Of a stretch of 60,649 nucleotides of DNA, positions 23,619 to 37,470 are shown one piece after another (positions within the stretch are counted from its first letter, which is position 1; each line of letters opens with the position of its first letter). The stretch spans positions 1 to 60,649 of the forward strand of contig JALJEE010000037.1 of NCBI GenBank assembly GCA_023231475.1. The letters are read 5' to 3'. Under the pieces are notes generated by a model. That model saw only the letters and a list, made by a program, of their open reading frames with translations, had not been told where the DNA came from and did no database searches. Made by a program: the position numbers and the translations under genes. Origin of the DNA: Seison nebaliae (Eukaryota).

Positions 23619-26422
23619 TTATCCATATCCGATTTCTGTGGAACTAATTCTTGAATTCTTTCGGAATTGTTTAACGAATGTAATCGCCTCAAATGTGATT
23701 GGCATGATGAGAACATATATTGTGGAGAATAAAAGCCAGACACCAAGGAATTTAATCCAATGAGTAAATATTTGTTCATCCCAAATATCTTTCTGATGTG
23801 AATGAAGGATGAATTTGGAATGAAGAAAAATGAAATAACAATAGTGAGAAGAATTGGAAGAATGACCAGATTGATAACGATAAAGAAAGCACTGACCGAT
23901 GCTCCCACTTGCAATGTATTTCTTACTTCATATTCCATCTCTTTGATTGTGGGTCTTTCTGTCGTTACTCGAGATTTCGAACGTTGTTCCACATATGATT
24001 CCTCACGAATTCCACAAACAAGCTTTATTTTCTTCCAAATTTGATTAGTCTTATTTCTATGACTATATCATGAATCAATTCATCGAACATAGATATGAGA
24101 GAATTAGGAAATTGAACCTTTTATTTAATGAATCTGCCCATGGAGTTAATGGATTATCGATATCGCGACATTTCTCCCATTGTTCGTTGATTTGATCTGT
24201 TGTCAACTTTTCACGACTTCCCAACGATGAGAGTAATGTGATTATAGTTGAGGATAGAATGGAAAAAGAATTACCTATTACCATCGGTTCCGTCGTACCT
24301 TAATTGTATTGGATGGAAAACAAAAAATGAAAAGATGAAAACCTGTTATTTGATAGAATGATAGTGTTGATTGTTTTTGGTATTTTATCAATGATGTGAT
24401 TAGCCATGCACTTAATCCAATTATTAATCCACAAATAGTACCGAAGAAAAGTGCATTTGGTTTTAATCGCGCCCAGAATATGGCCATAATTATTGGTATG
24501 ATGGAAGGGCCGATGAGTATTCCCATAAGATCGTATAACCAAGAAAGATTAGTCTTTAAATTTGATTATTAAAAATATTATGAATAGAAAAGGAACATTA
24601 CATTCATATAGTATTAGTATGTAGGGAATGATTGCAAAGCCGATGATGACAATACACCAATCCTTTTGATAGAGAAGAATATCCATATATTCCCGATATT
24701 TACCATGCATTGTACAATGAAATGTTTTCAAGTCGAAACCTTTTCGAATGTTTGATTTCCTTTCTATGTCATCCTTAATGCAAGTTTCACAATCTCTCAT
24801 TGAGATACAACTACATCGATCAATTTTTGATGATGTTCTTCCTTTATTCCGACCACATAATAAACAATGACTAAAGGCTTGAATGTGACGGAATGGTTTA
24901 ACATGCACTTGATAGATGTCATATATCCATATGCTACATACAGCCACTATTTCAGATGAAGCGGTCGTTATGACAACTAGAATGATGGTAATAATCATCA
25001 TGATGTTACCATTCATATCCAACGACACCTTAGATACCAAAGGAGCGACATATCCATTAGTAATGGCGTTTCTCGTTAATTGAACACCAAAACGACTGCT
25101 AATTGCTAAATAACCAACACCCATAGTCGTACCAAAAACCATAGGAACGGTCATCCAAATGATACCGCTCATGAGGAAACCCCATACCAAATTGAGTGGT
25201 TGTGCCATACTGGCAGCTTCATAGTACGCTTGGTCAACAAATACCGTACCAAAATTTCCTAAGAAAAATTTTGAATTTTTGAAAGAATTTAATAAGAATA
25301 TCATGAAATCAACCGATCGTGTTAGTGAGACCGAAAAGGAAGCCTCCTGTTGATATCATAGTCATGTAGGTGTCACCCTCGTTTCCTTCGATAGTCAAAT
25401 TACTTTTCAGACATCTGATCAATCGATAAAGATATGAAACGTTCCCTAAAGAGAAATAGATGTGAAAATATAAAAGAAGAAATGAACAGAACAGAAGATT
25501 CGAACCAAATCCAATTTCAATGTGAATATTTTTTGGATCATAAACATCTTCATTCGCTTCATGTGTTTGCATGAATATAGTATAATAATATATGATGATG
25601 ATGACAAAGACGAATCCAGTCGCGAAATAGGAAAGAAAGGCTACCGCTCCAACTCCACCAATTAACGTGAATATAATCACAATGGACATCAGATAAATAA
25701 GAAGTAATTCAATGTGAATATTTGTCGTTATATTACTCAATGCTTGCGCACCTCCCAACAACAACATTCCTAACACAATAACATTCGTCAATAAAGAGAA
25801 CGTGACAATGACTAAATGACACTTTCTTCCGAATCGGGCGTTGATTATCTGAAGACAAGTTTTTGCACCAGGTGCTCTCGATTTCATTTTAAGAGCGACA
25901 ATTCCAAATAATAAATGTTGAATTCCCGCACCAACAGCATACCAGAACGCTCCACTGACACCTAAAAGAGCCGTTTTTGAGGCAGAAACCAGAATGGAGG
26001 CCGTCCAAATCCATTGTGATGTGACATGTGTAGATAGTAATGGTCCAGACACATCACGTCCTGCATCAAAATAACGATCGATATTCGGCTAAGAGTTACG
26101 AGAAGATATAAAATTTAAGTTTTAGTAAAACGTTTAAAAGACGAATGTTAAAGAAGAAGACAACCATTTCGTGGAATAATTTCAATCTCATTAATCGGAA
26201 CAGAAAACAAACAATGAAACAAAGAAGTGCAACTAAAATGAAAATAGTAGTCGTTGTTCCTGTGCTTATCGAATCTTCATTCAATTTTATACTTTCGCTA
26301 AAATTAATGTTTCTCATACGAGGTTCATTCAGAAACTGACATTCTTCTTTATCCCCAAAATAGAATGTTGCAAAATCAACATCGTTCATGAAGAACTTTT
26401 TGAACATTTTTTTCGACAACAT
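23619..26422 (-). CDS. DUR3: DUR3-type urea/polyamine transporter, sodium:solute symporter family (8 exons); start may be 26389
   Basis: YFDAGRDVSGPL...TSQWIWTASIL.SA, GVSGAFWYAVGA, KSRAPGAKTCLQIINARFG, GNFGTVFVDQAYY, TASSEIVAVCSIWIYDIY, WLYDLMGILIGPSIIP, WEKCRDIDNPLTPW. A final GTT intron restores the C-terminal FTHWIKFLGVWLLF..IMPITFE with stop at 23619-23621. Confidence 0.9.
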
Positions 26423-26779
26423 TTTGACGCAATCAGTGAAATATGAAAATTTGCGTAAAATAAAAAATGATGAATGATAAATATTCGTGTGAATCAAATG
26501 TTAGTCGCTATTTCAATTAGGGAGGGTGAGAAATATCTATTAATCATCATAAGATGACAACAGATAGACCGAAACTCCATTTCATCGTTCAGATCAAGTG
26601 GTCTCTAAGGAATTCTCGTAAGTGCGAAGGAAACTGTTTTAACGACATAAAATTATATTACATTGTAAAGAATCATGGGCAAATTTAATTTAAGCAAATC
26701 ATTTAAACTGAAACGAATTAAGTTAATGAAAAAAAATGTTTTTTTGAAATGAATTTTGTAAAAATTTTTTTTTTTTTTG

Positions 26780-28108
26780 TTATTCTGTCTGAAAATTCTC
26801 TTCATATTTAACGGAAGAGAGGAAATGTTGATAGTATTCCTTGGCTTTTGGGAATATTTGGCATTCCATTTCTTCTCTCTTCTCATACAGTAATTTTCGT
26901 CGATTATCTTCCAAATACAACTTCTTCTTTAACAAATTTGAGGTCATTATGACGCAAAAGATAGCGAAAGTAATTTTGAGAATAATTAATGCATCTCCAT
27001 AACTTCGGATTATACATCGATTGAAAATAGAATTTTCTATTTTAAATAAATGATAATCAGATGGAATGAAACGAATCGCATTAATGATTAGTGTGAAGAA
27101 GATTAAGAATTTCATTGTCCAGTGTAACATCGCGTGGGCATATCGGAAAGGAAGAAATGATTCTTCTCGTTTAATAATTTTATCGATTTCATTATAGACA
27201 TAATTCGTATCTGTTTCCATTTTATTGAGCATTCGTTGAACATTCGATCCAATATTCACGTCAATAAGATCGATCACACCATCCAACTGATTCAATACTT
27301 GTGTGCGCTTCTCTTGTAATGTGGGAATGAAGATGGTAGGGATGTCTAATGCAACTTCATATAGTTGAGGAATTTTCGATAATTCTTTCGCACAAGAAAT
27401 TAAAATTTTCTGACGATCTGCCTCATTTCCCGCTTCGTCCGCTTTGGATAAGAAGAATTTCAGACGACTAGTATGGTTTTTGGCCAACTGTCCGATCACT
27501 CTCATTGTTCGACGACATAACGCTTGTCCAATCGGATCGAAGAATACCAGAATCAAATCGGCATAATCACTAAGGAAATCAATAAATTCTTCGATACGGA
27601 ACGGATATTTCATATCACCATCTACTAATCCTGGAGTATCGATGAAATTTACCATTTGAAATTTATTTGAACGAGACGTAGAAATTTCCGTTGTTAAATG
27701 ATTATCCAATTCACGGAGATGTGGATATTCGGTTATGAAAGGAAAAACATGAGATGTTCCTTTTCCTGAGAGAGTTGTCCGTCGTTTTCCATGAGTGATG
27801 AAAGTGAATCCCTGAGTTTCAATGGCAACACCAGCTTTCAAAATGTATTCCTCTAAATACCAATTGACGAAAGAACTCTTACCAGCTGAATGGTTTCCAA
27901 CAATTAGAACATTAATTCTTTTCTTCGGAACACCCATTTCTGGTAACTGAAGTTGATGAATAATGTTGAGAAAACCTTTTTCTCTCGATGCATACAGATT
28001 ATATACTTGTGACATCAACTGCTCACAAATCAATCGATTGTCCTCTCCAGTAGTACCAGGCATACCTGGAACGGAAGCATTCTGTATAATTGACTCATTG
28101 AAATCCAT
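26780..28108 (-). CDS. Intronless dynamin/EHD-like P-loop GTPase with two C-terminal TM helices
   Basis: G1 GNHSAGKSS, G2 ETQ, G3 DTPG, G4 SKAD; FFDPIGQALC; two hydrophobic segments near the C-terminus. First in-frame ATG at 28108. Confidence 0.8.
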   Translation of the reverse strand: MDFNESIIQNASVPGMPGTTGEDNRLICEQLMSQVYNLYASREKGFLNIIHQLQLPEMGVPKKRINVLIVGNHSAGKSSFVNWYLEEYILKAGVAIETQGFTFITHGKRRTTLSGKGTSHVFPFITEYPHLRELDNHLTTEISTSRSNKFQMVNFIDTPGLVDGDMKYPFRIEEFIDFLSDYADLILVFFDPIGQALCRRTMRVIGQLAKNHTSRLKFFLSKADEAGNEADRQKILISCAKELSKIPQLYEVALDIPTIFIPTLQEKRTQVLNQLDGVIDLIDVNIGSNVQRMLNKMETDTNYVYNEIDKIIKREESFLPFRYAHAMLHWTMKFLIFFTLIINAIRFIPSDYHLFKIENSIFNRCIIRSYGDALIILKITFAIFCVIMTSNLLKKKLYLEDNRRKLLYEKREEMECQIFPKAKEYYQHFLSSVKYEENFQTE

Positions 28109-28636
28109 TTGTTTAATTACGAGTAATAGATGTGGTAAATGTTGAAAAGTGAATAAATGATGAAGAACGAGGACAAGATATAGGAGGATAGAAATTCGAT
28201 TTGAAATAGAAGGCAAATTTCAATATGCGAATCAGCGATATTAATTGGAGATGAAACATTGTATAATCCGTTCAACTTATAAGCTCGTCAAATAGACCAT
28301 TAACATTCTATTTTTTGTATTTTTCCTCAATTGCTATAAATTTACATTGTAAATGTTTGAAAATAAAATAAAGATAATTCATAAATGCATTCTCATATGA
28401 CATTTAGTCAATGTGGAAAAAGTGAGAGATTATCATTCTAAAATTTCCCTCATTTTATCCTTTCCCACTATTCTAATGAAACGAAATAATATTAACAACA
28501 AAAATGAAATTCTTGAGACAAAACATGTTCCACTTTTAGAAATAAAAAAGAAATGTAGAATATTTTCTTTATAAAAAATTGTAATGAATGTAATTTCCAA
28601 ATAAATATTTTTTTCATTCTTAAATTGGTAGATGAA

Positions 28637-29701
28637 ATGATTTTATTTTTACGAGAACTCTTCTATCTGTTCTATATAGTGATCGAACGGATAACGTCAT
28701 GTTTGATTGGATTGTTGAAGAAATATGTGAAGCAAGTTAACTATTTCCTTCTTGAAAAATTAAATGAAAATTCCCTCATCAGATCGAAATGCATCAACCC
28801 ATTCGATATATCAGTTGTCCACTATCTGTTGAATTGGGGAAACGATTTTGTTTGAATATTTTTCTTTCGTCTCTTAATCTCGATTCATTTGTAGCTTCCG
28901 CTCGTAAAATTCTCATATTAGATCTCGATGAAACGTTAATACATTCGATGGCATCGAGTGCCACATATCCACCTGATTTCACTGTCAGTGTTTGTATGGA
29001 TACAAGACCGATGAAATTCAATGTTTATAAACGTCCTCACGTCGACTTTTTTCTAGATAAGGTTTTAATTCTATCGACAAATATATCAATAACTTTCAAT
29101 ATAATCGACAGGTGAGTGAATGGTATGAAGTGGTGATATTCACAGCGAGTATGGAAGCATACGGTAATCGTGTCATCGAAGAATTAGATAATAAAAGAGA
29201 TATTTTGAGGAGACGATATTTCCGAACTGATTGCACGACGGAAAATGGGGGATATACAAAGAATTTGAGGAAGGTATGTGAAGATCTCAATCGAGTATTA
29301 ATCATCGATAATTCACCATCAGTCTTCCAAGATTTTCGAAGTTTCTTAATTTCATCATTCTATCATAATTCTTTATTGAATTTTCAGGTAATGCCATTCC
29401 CATAAAATCGTGGAAGACTGAAACGGATGATACATGTTTATTGGATCTTTTACCATTTCTTGATGCATTGAGAATTTGTGAAGATGTTCGTTCAATACTC
29501 TCGTTTCATTCTCAACGTATGATGTCCTCCGTTATTTTATCATCCGTTACTCCAATAACCACATCAACGAATTCGTTAAAATATTCAATGGAAAGTGGTG
29601 ATCGTTTGTTAAATGATTTCGATTGTCATAATTATCTTTTGCAATCATCAGCAACAACGACTACAACAACATCAATTATTGAGAATGGTACATCATATTA
29701 A
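28637..29701 (+). CDS. CTDNEP1: CTD nuclear envelope phosphatase 1 (Dullard), 5 exons
   Basis: N-terminal [89 protein letters not shown]. Confidence 0.95.
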
Positions 29702-30186
29702 ATATTTTTGACATTTAATCTTTCTTTCCACTTGTTCGCACCTATTATTGGCATAAACCAGAAAATTTCCATTTTTATGGTTTCTCATCAACATCTCTTG
29801 TAAATGACCTGTGAATAAAATGATTAATCATAATTTCAATTATTCGAATCATCCATTATTTCCTTTTTTCTTTCCATCTTACTCCGTTCTCTCACTTTAC
29901 ACCTCTCTTAACCTTTTTCTGGATAGTCAATATTATTTATTTCTAAAAATTTCAAGAAATTTTTCTTCCACAAATGAATTAGAACTCTCTCATCTTCTCT
30001 CATACCAAATCAATCATTTCGTCAAACTCGATCCTGTCGAAATGGCGATGGGTCGCATATTCATAAATTCTCATATCGTCCAACATCTCTCCACAAGTGA
30101 ATTAGATTTTTCTTTCAATTTTTTTAATATTTTTTTTCTAATTTCCAAATTAATTTTTTCTTTTTAACCTAACAATCTACATTAGT

Positions 30187-31793
30187 ATGGACGAATTGGA
30201 TTTCAACAACCCTATTTCTCCATTCGGTGGTTCGGAAAGTTTGTTAAAGATCCTCACTACTAATCGATCGAATCTTATTCGCAAGAATATAACTCGTAAT
30301 TTTCCCCGTCAACATCATATGAAGCATTTGGCTAAGAAATTCTCGTCAGCTGAACAAGATGAAATAAATGAGAAGATTGCACTACAACTAATGAATTACA
30401 ATTCATCCATTGACATCGGATATGATTATCAAGAATTTCATGATTTAACATTACATTTGAAAAGAACAAAAAGTTTTATATCGGACGGAGATCCGGGAAC
30501 AAGAACCGTTGGATTATTGTCGTTCATATTTATCTTCTTCTGGTTTTATGTCACATATAAGAGTTGGGTACTGTGTCGGAAATATATTCGGAGAAGAACG
30601 AAATGGTTCGAGTCACCAAGTCGATACAACGAAGAAATTATTTCGGCTGAATATATCGCTTCCGAAACGTTGGCGACTAATACTCGATTAACAGGAATAC
30701 TTATTGGACTTTTATTATTCCCTCTTTGTATTCTCTATCCAGCATTCGCTGGAAATCTCTATTCTCAATTTTGTATTTATTTCGGCATCTTTCTCCTCTT
30801 TCTCTTCAATGCCTCTCATCTTTTTTTGACATTGGAGATCATCCATCGTAATCTAACAATGACATTAACGAAGAAATGTTACAAACGAATATTTGGAAGT
30901 TTAGATTTGTATAATTGTAATATCGATACTCAAGCAAATCACCAACAACGATGTCATTTAGGAAAAGTGTTGAGTACGTTTTGGAAGATGCTATCATTGA
31001 TGTTTTGGAGTATCGCTTTCCTCATTACAGGCGTTACTTATTATAATTTATATAAAAATAATCGATATGTTCTACTTCGTCAAAATTCCTTAATCTATTC
31101 TCCATATGACGTGACATGTTCCATCAATTGGATATTTACCATAGATATCACTAATCGTTATCTCAACACTTCGATGATTGTTTATTTTTCGCTTTGCGTA
31201 ATTTCTTATTTTGGCATCGCCGTTTCTTTATATACGTCACCAAACGCAGAGAATGCTTCCATAATTAATCCACCACATTCCTTAGTGACTTCGAAATTCG
31301 AAAGACGGAAATTCCTTTATAATATCCTCATTTTCATTCTGGTATTCGCCATAAACGGAATTTACATTTTCGCCTATGAATACAATGTGAATGACACGGC
31401 CAATTATCAAGTTTCTTCTTCTTTTTAATTTTGTTATTTATTATATATTGACATTTATTAAAGTTGATTTTATATGTGTCGATCGTGAAAATGGTAATCC
31501 ATGCAATCGTCATTCCGATCATAACTAATTCGCTCCAACAATTATATCCATTTCGTCGAATAATTGAAACATCAGATTATGCTGAATTGACGGAAGATGA
31601 ATGTGAGGCAGTGTTGAATGGTGAACATGTTCATCGAACGGGTGAAATCATTTTAGAGCAAATATCAAACGATTTAGGAGGAAATGTTCAACGATCCTCA
31701 ACGATCATTGAAATAGATAACTTGTCCAATAACAATTTTTTGCCTTCATATGAGGAAGCAAGTAATAAATTAACTGGAGAGAATTCAACATAA
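30187..31793 (+). CDS. Multi-pass (about 7 TM) membrane protein, possibly GPCR-like; 2 exons
   Basis: Long ORF with ~6-7 hydrophobic segments, extracellular-type Cys residues and a C-terminal LPSY motif. Intron GTTTCT...TTAAAG keeps the frame. Family not recognised. Confidence 0.6.
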
Positions 31794-32051
31794 ATTATTT
31801 ATTCCAATTAAAGTATTTTCATTCCAATTCTCTCCAATTAAATACTTGAAAGAAAATTCATTTTTAATTGAAAAGAGAAGAAGAATCGTTGGACGAAGGA
31901 ACGAGAAGAAATTCTTCGAGAGATCGATCCAAGTCAAAATATAGTCAGAATTCCAATAGATTAAGATAATAAGATAAAGAGAATTCAAATGAACGAAATA
32001 ATAAACATATTCAGCGTCAGAATATTATAAGAATAATTTAAGAATCGATTT

Positions 32052-35000
32052 TTACAATCCTCCAAGATCCATTCCCTCCAATTCTTTCTGCAACTCCAAA
32101 TCAAATTCATCCAAATCATCCGCAATCTGAAAATCATTAAATAAAATTCTTCTCAATAATTATTATCTAACTTCTTTCTCTTTTTTATCTTTCTCATAAT
32201 CATTCATGATCGCCTCGTTCAATTGATCTACTTCTTCACTCAATTGACTGCTGACCATATCCATATCTGTTGAGTGTTTATTTATTTCCTCAATATTCAC
32301 CGGAGTTGCAGGTGGTGATGCAGGAACTTTTTTCCCATATTTATCCGATATCTCACTATTCATTTGATCATCGACATATTCTTCTACATTCGTTGCCAAT
32401 TCATCATTCTTATCCACATTAATCTCTGGAATGACTTCAATATCGTTTGGTGTTGTTGATGAACTTCCATTTTTTGATTCCTTCAATTTCTCATTTAAAT
32501 ATTCTTCGATATCGATCGTTTCGTCAGCTTTTTGTGGAATGGACGTAGTATCATTGTAAGTGAACAAGCCATTTTTCTCCGCCATTTTCATCTCTTCAAC
32601 CAAATTCCTATTAGTTGTCTAAACGAAAAATATTCCACAAATTTTTCATATAAAATAAATTATAACTGATTGTGAGGCAACATAATTCTTCGCCAGTAAT
32701 TTACCTTTCGTAGTTTGACGTTGTAAAGCGACATATTGTTCCGTTTTTAACATATCTTCCCAATTCGGAAACAAATTCGGATATTCAGTAGGACAAGCGA
32801 TACCTTTCGCCAATTTTGGTTTCTTCTTTCTCTCCAATTCAGTTTTCCATAATTTGACGATTCTAATAAAATGAACGATTCATTTCCATCAATAATTCAC
32901 TAACCTCGGCACTTGTGATGGAAGATATGTGCGTGCAAATAATGCTGCTTCTGGAATGCGTTTATTCTTCAACAATATCTCCAATGTATTATCTAAACTG
33001 AAAAAGTGATTTATATACATTTGTATAAATAATGAAATATTTTTCTTATAAAAGTCAACTTTCCAAGAAGGAATGTTGAGAGGAATGCAACATTATATTT
33101 CTTATCAGCTAAATTAGCGATCGAGTCCAACAAAATTCTGTCACCAGTCGAAGTAGCCAATAACATTAAGGCTGAATATATTAATTAAGAACATATTAAA
33201 ATTAGAAGAGAAATAATTAGAAATGAGTTAACATGAATAATCTTTCGCTTTCATAAATGCATATTTAGCTAGTGCAATATCACCAGTTTGTTGAGCAGCA
33301 CTTGCTAAAGTTTTCCATTTGATATCTGAATTTAATTCATCTGCAACTTCTTTCGCTAAATCCAATCGTTTGAGTGAAATGGCTAAATCAAATTTATGTT
33401 CAACATCGGTTGTTACAGTTAATGCTTGTACCTTAAATCCTTGCTTCTCCAAAAAATGAGCGACACGTGTTCGCTGATTGATGGGAACTTCGTTGATGAT
33501 ATGATCTGCGAGATTGAAGTCCTGTCTCATCACCGCCGTTTGATATTCCAATACACTTACCAAGAGATTATAACTGAATATATTCACATCTTTATCACTC
33601 AAATAGACTCGATTGTGTGAAGCGACATATCCCAAAATGTATGAACTGATATCCAAATGAGCAATCGTCACGATCTCACCTCCAACATAATAATTCAATC
33701 GATTAACAGAATTCGTGTAAACGAAACAATCACCAATCCATAATCCTGTACGAACAGATTCATTAACTTCACCAATAACATCGAATGCAAGTTCATATCC
33801 ATCTTCTGTGAAGCTTTCATTCTTCGATAGAGCTTGTTCATAATTGAATTGATTATATTTGAGAATGTAGAATGAGTCTTCCGTTCCTATGGCTACTAAC
33901 GAACCGGTATCGTTCCAGAAAACGGTTTTTGCAATTACTTCGATTCTTCTCACTAATTTCTCTGAATTCCATTCATAGAATTCTAAACCGACTGGTGACC
34001 TGACTCCCAAAAGATAACCACCGAAAATGGCATCGACACCATCTTTAATTTTCATACTCTTCGCTTCCTTAAAATTTTTGAATATTCGAATTGATGATGC
34101 GTCTTTTATTGCATATTGAGAAGGATCGATGGACCAAACGAATTCCTGTGCAGTTCCATATGCTTTCGATCTTAATGCCACAGCAGTGTAAATATTATAT
34201 TCACCGTCACCACAAACTGCTACGAAACGTCCATTAGAATTGTGTTCTAATTTTTGAGGGAATAATTCACTGGTTCCCATATCTCGAATGGGAATTGGTA
34301 TTCTCTCACCATCCTTCACCTCGATATCAGAAGGAAGAGAACGTAAATTCGCTTGTAACAATTCCGAATGTTTCGCCCACACAACTTTTCCATTCTGATC
34401 CATAGAAATTGCTGGATCTTCTCTACCCATTGCAACAACTACCGAACCTTCGTCATATCCTAATCCGACATTGTTCGAACCTTTTTGACATGATATACTC
34501 CACACACGTTCTAATCCGAAATTCAATGTCGAGTCCAATCGATATGTCACCGAATGCCACAATTTCACTGTTCCATCTTCTGATCCAGTGATAATGAGAG
34601 GTATCTCCGAATGGAATGCTACACTTGAAACATTTTGTGAATGTGCATCCAATGTTTGAACACACGTTTTATTCTATTAAAATATCTCAAAATGAATCTC
34701 TATCTAAATGAAATGAGAACTTGATAATCCCAAATCTTCACCGTTCTATCATCAGCACCAGAAACCAAATAAGGTTTCTCACCTCCCGGATAATAATCGA
34801 CACAATTAACTCCTTTCTCATGACCTTCCAATGTGAAATTACAGACATTCGATCCTAATTGCCATATCTAGAATAGAATACATTTAATTTCCATTCGATA
34901 TGACAAAAAACCAACCTTCAATGTTCGGTCCAAAGAAGCACTGGCAAAAGTGTTGTTATCTTTCGGATTGATGACGATTTCCATCACGTAATGACTGTGA

Positions 35001-35565
35001 CCTTCGAATACTTGTTTGCATTTCCAATGACGTTCCCAATCCCACAACTTGATCGACATATCATCTAATCGATTGTATCAAAATTGAAATGAAACGACGT
35101 CAATTGAAGAACCTGATGAGCTGATGACATATGGTTGTGTGGGATGTACTACCACCGAACGAATATAATCGGAATGTGCCTCGAATTGTTTCACCTTCTC
35201 CGAAGTGTTGTAATTGTAGACTCGAATGTGCATATCATCCTGGAAATGATTAATTGAAATAAACTCCCAAATGAACAACTAACGGAGCCAGTGATGATCC
35301 AATTCTTTCTCGCTGCGAATTTCGCAGTTCGTACAGGCAAATTCTCCGTCACATCAAATGTCTTGACGAGAATTTGAGAGGAATGATTCCAAATATGGAC
35401 TTGTCCACTGAATAGCGATACGAGCAACCATGGTTCCGTTGGATGGAGATCTGTCGATTTTACTCGATCTGAACTCGTGAGTAACTTACGTTTAATATCT
35501 AATCTCAACGGCTGTTCATCGTTTATCAGTTTAACAGATCAATCAAAATTAAAAAAACGAACCAT
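32052..35565 (-). CDS. COPB2: Coatomer subunit beta' (11 exons)
   Basis: [117 protein letters not shown]. Confidence 0.98.
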
Positions 35566-36183
35566 TTTCTAAATTTATTAGATATCTCTTGCCCTATGAT
35601 TCTATGAAATGATGAGCAATTATAAATTCACCTCTCCGACAGTAATTCGACTACGTGGGATTCTCTACGCACAATATAACTAATTACAGCTACATACACA
35701 TAAACCGACCTAATTGATTATTATCATAGAAAAATATTTTCCCTAGATTTATTTCAATTTGAACTTTAAGCTTCGTCAAATTTTATTCCTTTTTTTATCC
35801 ATTAATTTGAGAACAGTTTTTTAACAATTCTTCTTAAAATTAAGAAATTGAACTGCTCTAAATAACTTAACCGTAACTTTCGTATAAAACATTAAGAGGA
35901 AAAAAATAAAAATTTTAAGCTTTTTAAATTTTTAAACTATTTTTTTTATTAATCTATTAACAATTTTATAATTATAGCGATTATGTTCGTAAAAGAATAG
36001 GATGAACAAAGAACACTGATATTGAATAATTTAGGCCACATTAAGTAATTTTCTCGCTGATGACATGACAGTTTATCTAATGTTTGTTAATAATCGTATC
36101 ATGGAATGAAGCTTAAATTTTCAATAAGTAGACTAATTGAACATAAAGCAAAATGAAAGATGATATTCTTTATTTCATTTAAT

Positions 36184-36197
36184 GTTGCTATGGTTGC
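36184..36197. promoter_or_regulatory. Candidate RFX X-box upstream of FAIM
   Basis: GTTGCTATGGTTGC has one perfect half-site (GTTGCTAT) and lies ~60 bp before the ATG. Confidence 0.4.
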
Positions 36198-36256
36198 TGG
36201 GTTTAATCAGTCATTAACGTCAACCATTCCAAGAAGTGTAATTTTCTCAATTGTGA

Positions 36257-37090
36257 ATGTCACCTCCAAAGAAGAATTTGTATGATGTGGTTGGATATTG
36301 GAAAGTTCCATGTTCTACCGGAATCCACGTTGTCGAATTTGAACATGGAACAACGACGGGGAAACGTGTAATCTACATCGATGGCACCGTTTGTGAAAAT
36401 TGCTCCATTAATTTACAGTCGGATTCTTTTCGTAGGAGATATATCGAGAGAATTGGATGTTCCGTTTAGTTGGTCCGGTTGAGTTCAAGATTGGGAAACA
36501 CGAATGTGTAATCTTAATTGAACCATTCGAAGGATTCCGTTACTCATACGAATTATATGTAGATGGTTTGTGTTTGATCTCTTTTCTCTCATTCGATATA
36601 AATCGCTCTAAAACTTCGGATGTTTTGAACGGGATCGTTATTTTTGAGGATGGATTGAATGAGAATTGGTGGACGAATAAATAATTTTATTGTTCTTTTA
36701 GGAAAACCGTTGGAGAAGTTTCAAGAGAAGCAAAGCAAAATTTGTGAGACCTGGATCGTTAACAAGACCAAAAGGATAGTACTCGGTTAGTTTATTTTTT
36801 TTTCATAAACATAAACACATCATGGAAATCTGAAGAGAAAGACACGCTAGATGTTTGGTGCAATGGTACACTTTTGGATGTAACAGTTATTCATTATCCT
36901 TCCACTTCTCCTTCTTATTCTCGTTCCTATTTTCTCTCAGAATGACTTCGCTGACGAAGGAACAAAGATCGAATTTAGGATCGACGATGTAGACGCATAT
37001 ATTGAAACGAAGACGAGTGGGGACAGACGAACTGGAATTGTTCACAATTTATATGTTCAAGGTAAATTGATAACGAAAGTGAAGGAATGA
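36257..37090 (+). CDS. FAIM: Fas apoptotic inhibitory molecule (5 exons)
   Basis: DVVGYW.V....IHVVEFEHGTTTGKRVIYIDG.EIYRENWMFRLVG, YSYELYVDGKPL, RIVLEKDTLDVWCNG, DFADEGT, SGDRRTGIVHNL. Confidence 0.95.
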
Positions 37091-37402
37091 TTATCCTCGA
37101 AAAGATTATGCTGTATATTAAGTCTTATACATCGTCCCACAGATTTATATAAGAGAAAAGAATTCATTTCTGATATTGTGCATTTATTGAAAGAATATCG
37201 GAATAGTTATTCTTATCATCATCTCATCTATTTTCTATGCACTACTTCATACGATTCTTAAATAAATGAATGATGAATTTCTCGTCAATTCCCTCATTTT
37301 TGTATTCTTGCACAGTTTCCTTTTCTCATCACATTTATCCTTTCGCGCACTTCGACTCTTCTTCCATTTAACAGTAATGAACATCAACATCTTTGCTATA
37401 GA

Positions 37403-37470
37403 TAATGAGGTAGATGTTAGTAGAGTTGTACAACCAGTGGAATATATTACGATATATTATCCTCCGTTAA
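37403..37470 (+). ncRNA. Candidate divergent let-7-family pre-miRNA (mature 37406-37427)
   Basis: TGAGGTAGATGTTAGTAGAGTT is 22 nt with the let-7 5' octamer and the same AGTT 3' end. It can pair, with bulges and G-U pairs, to ~37445-37469. Intergenic. Confidence 0.4.
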
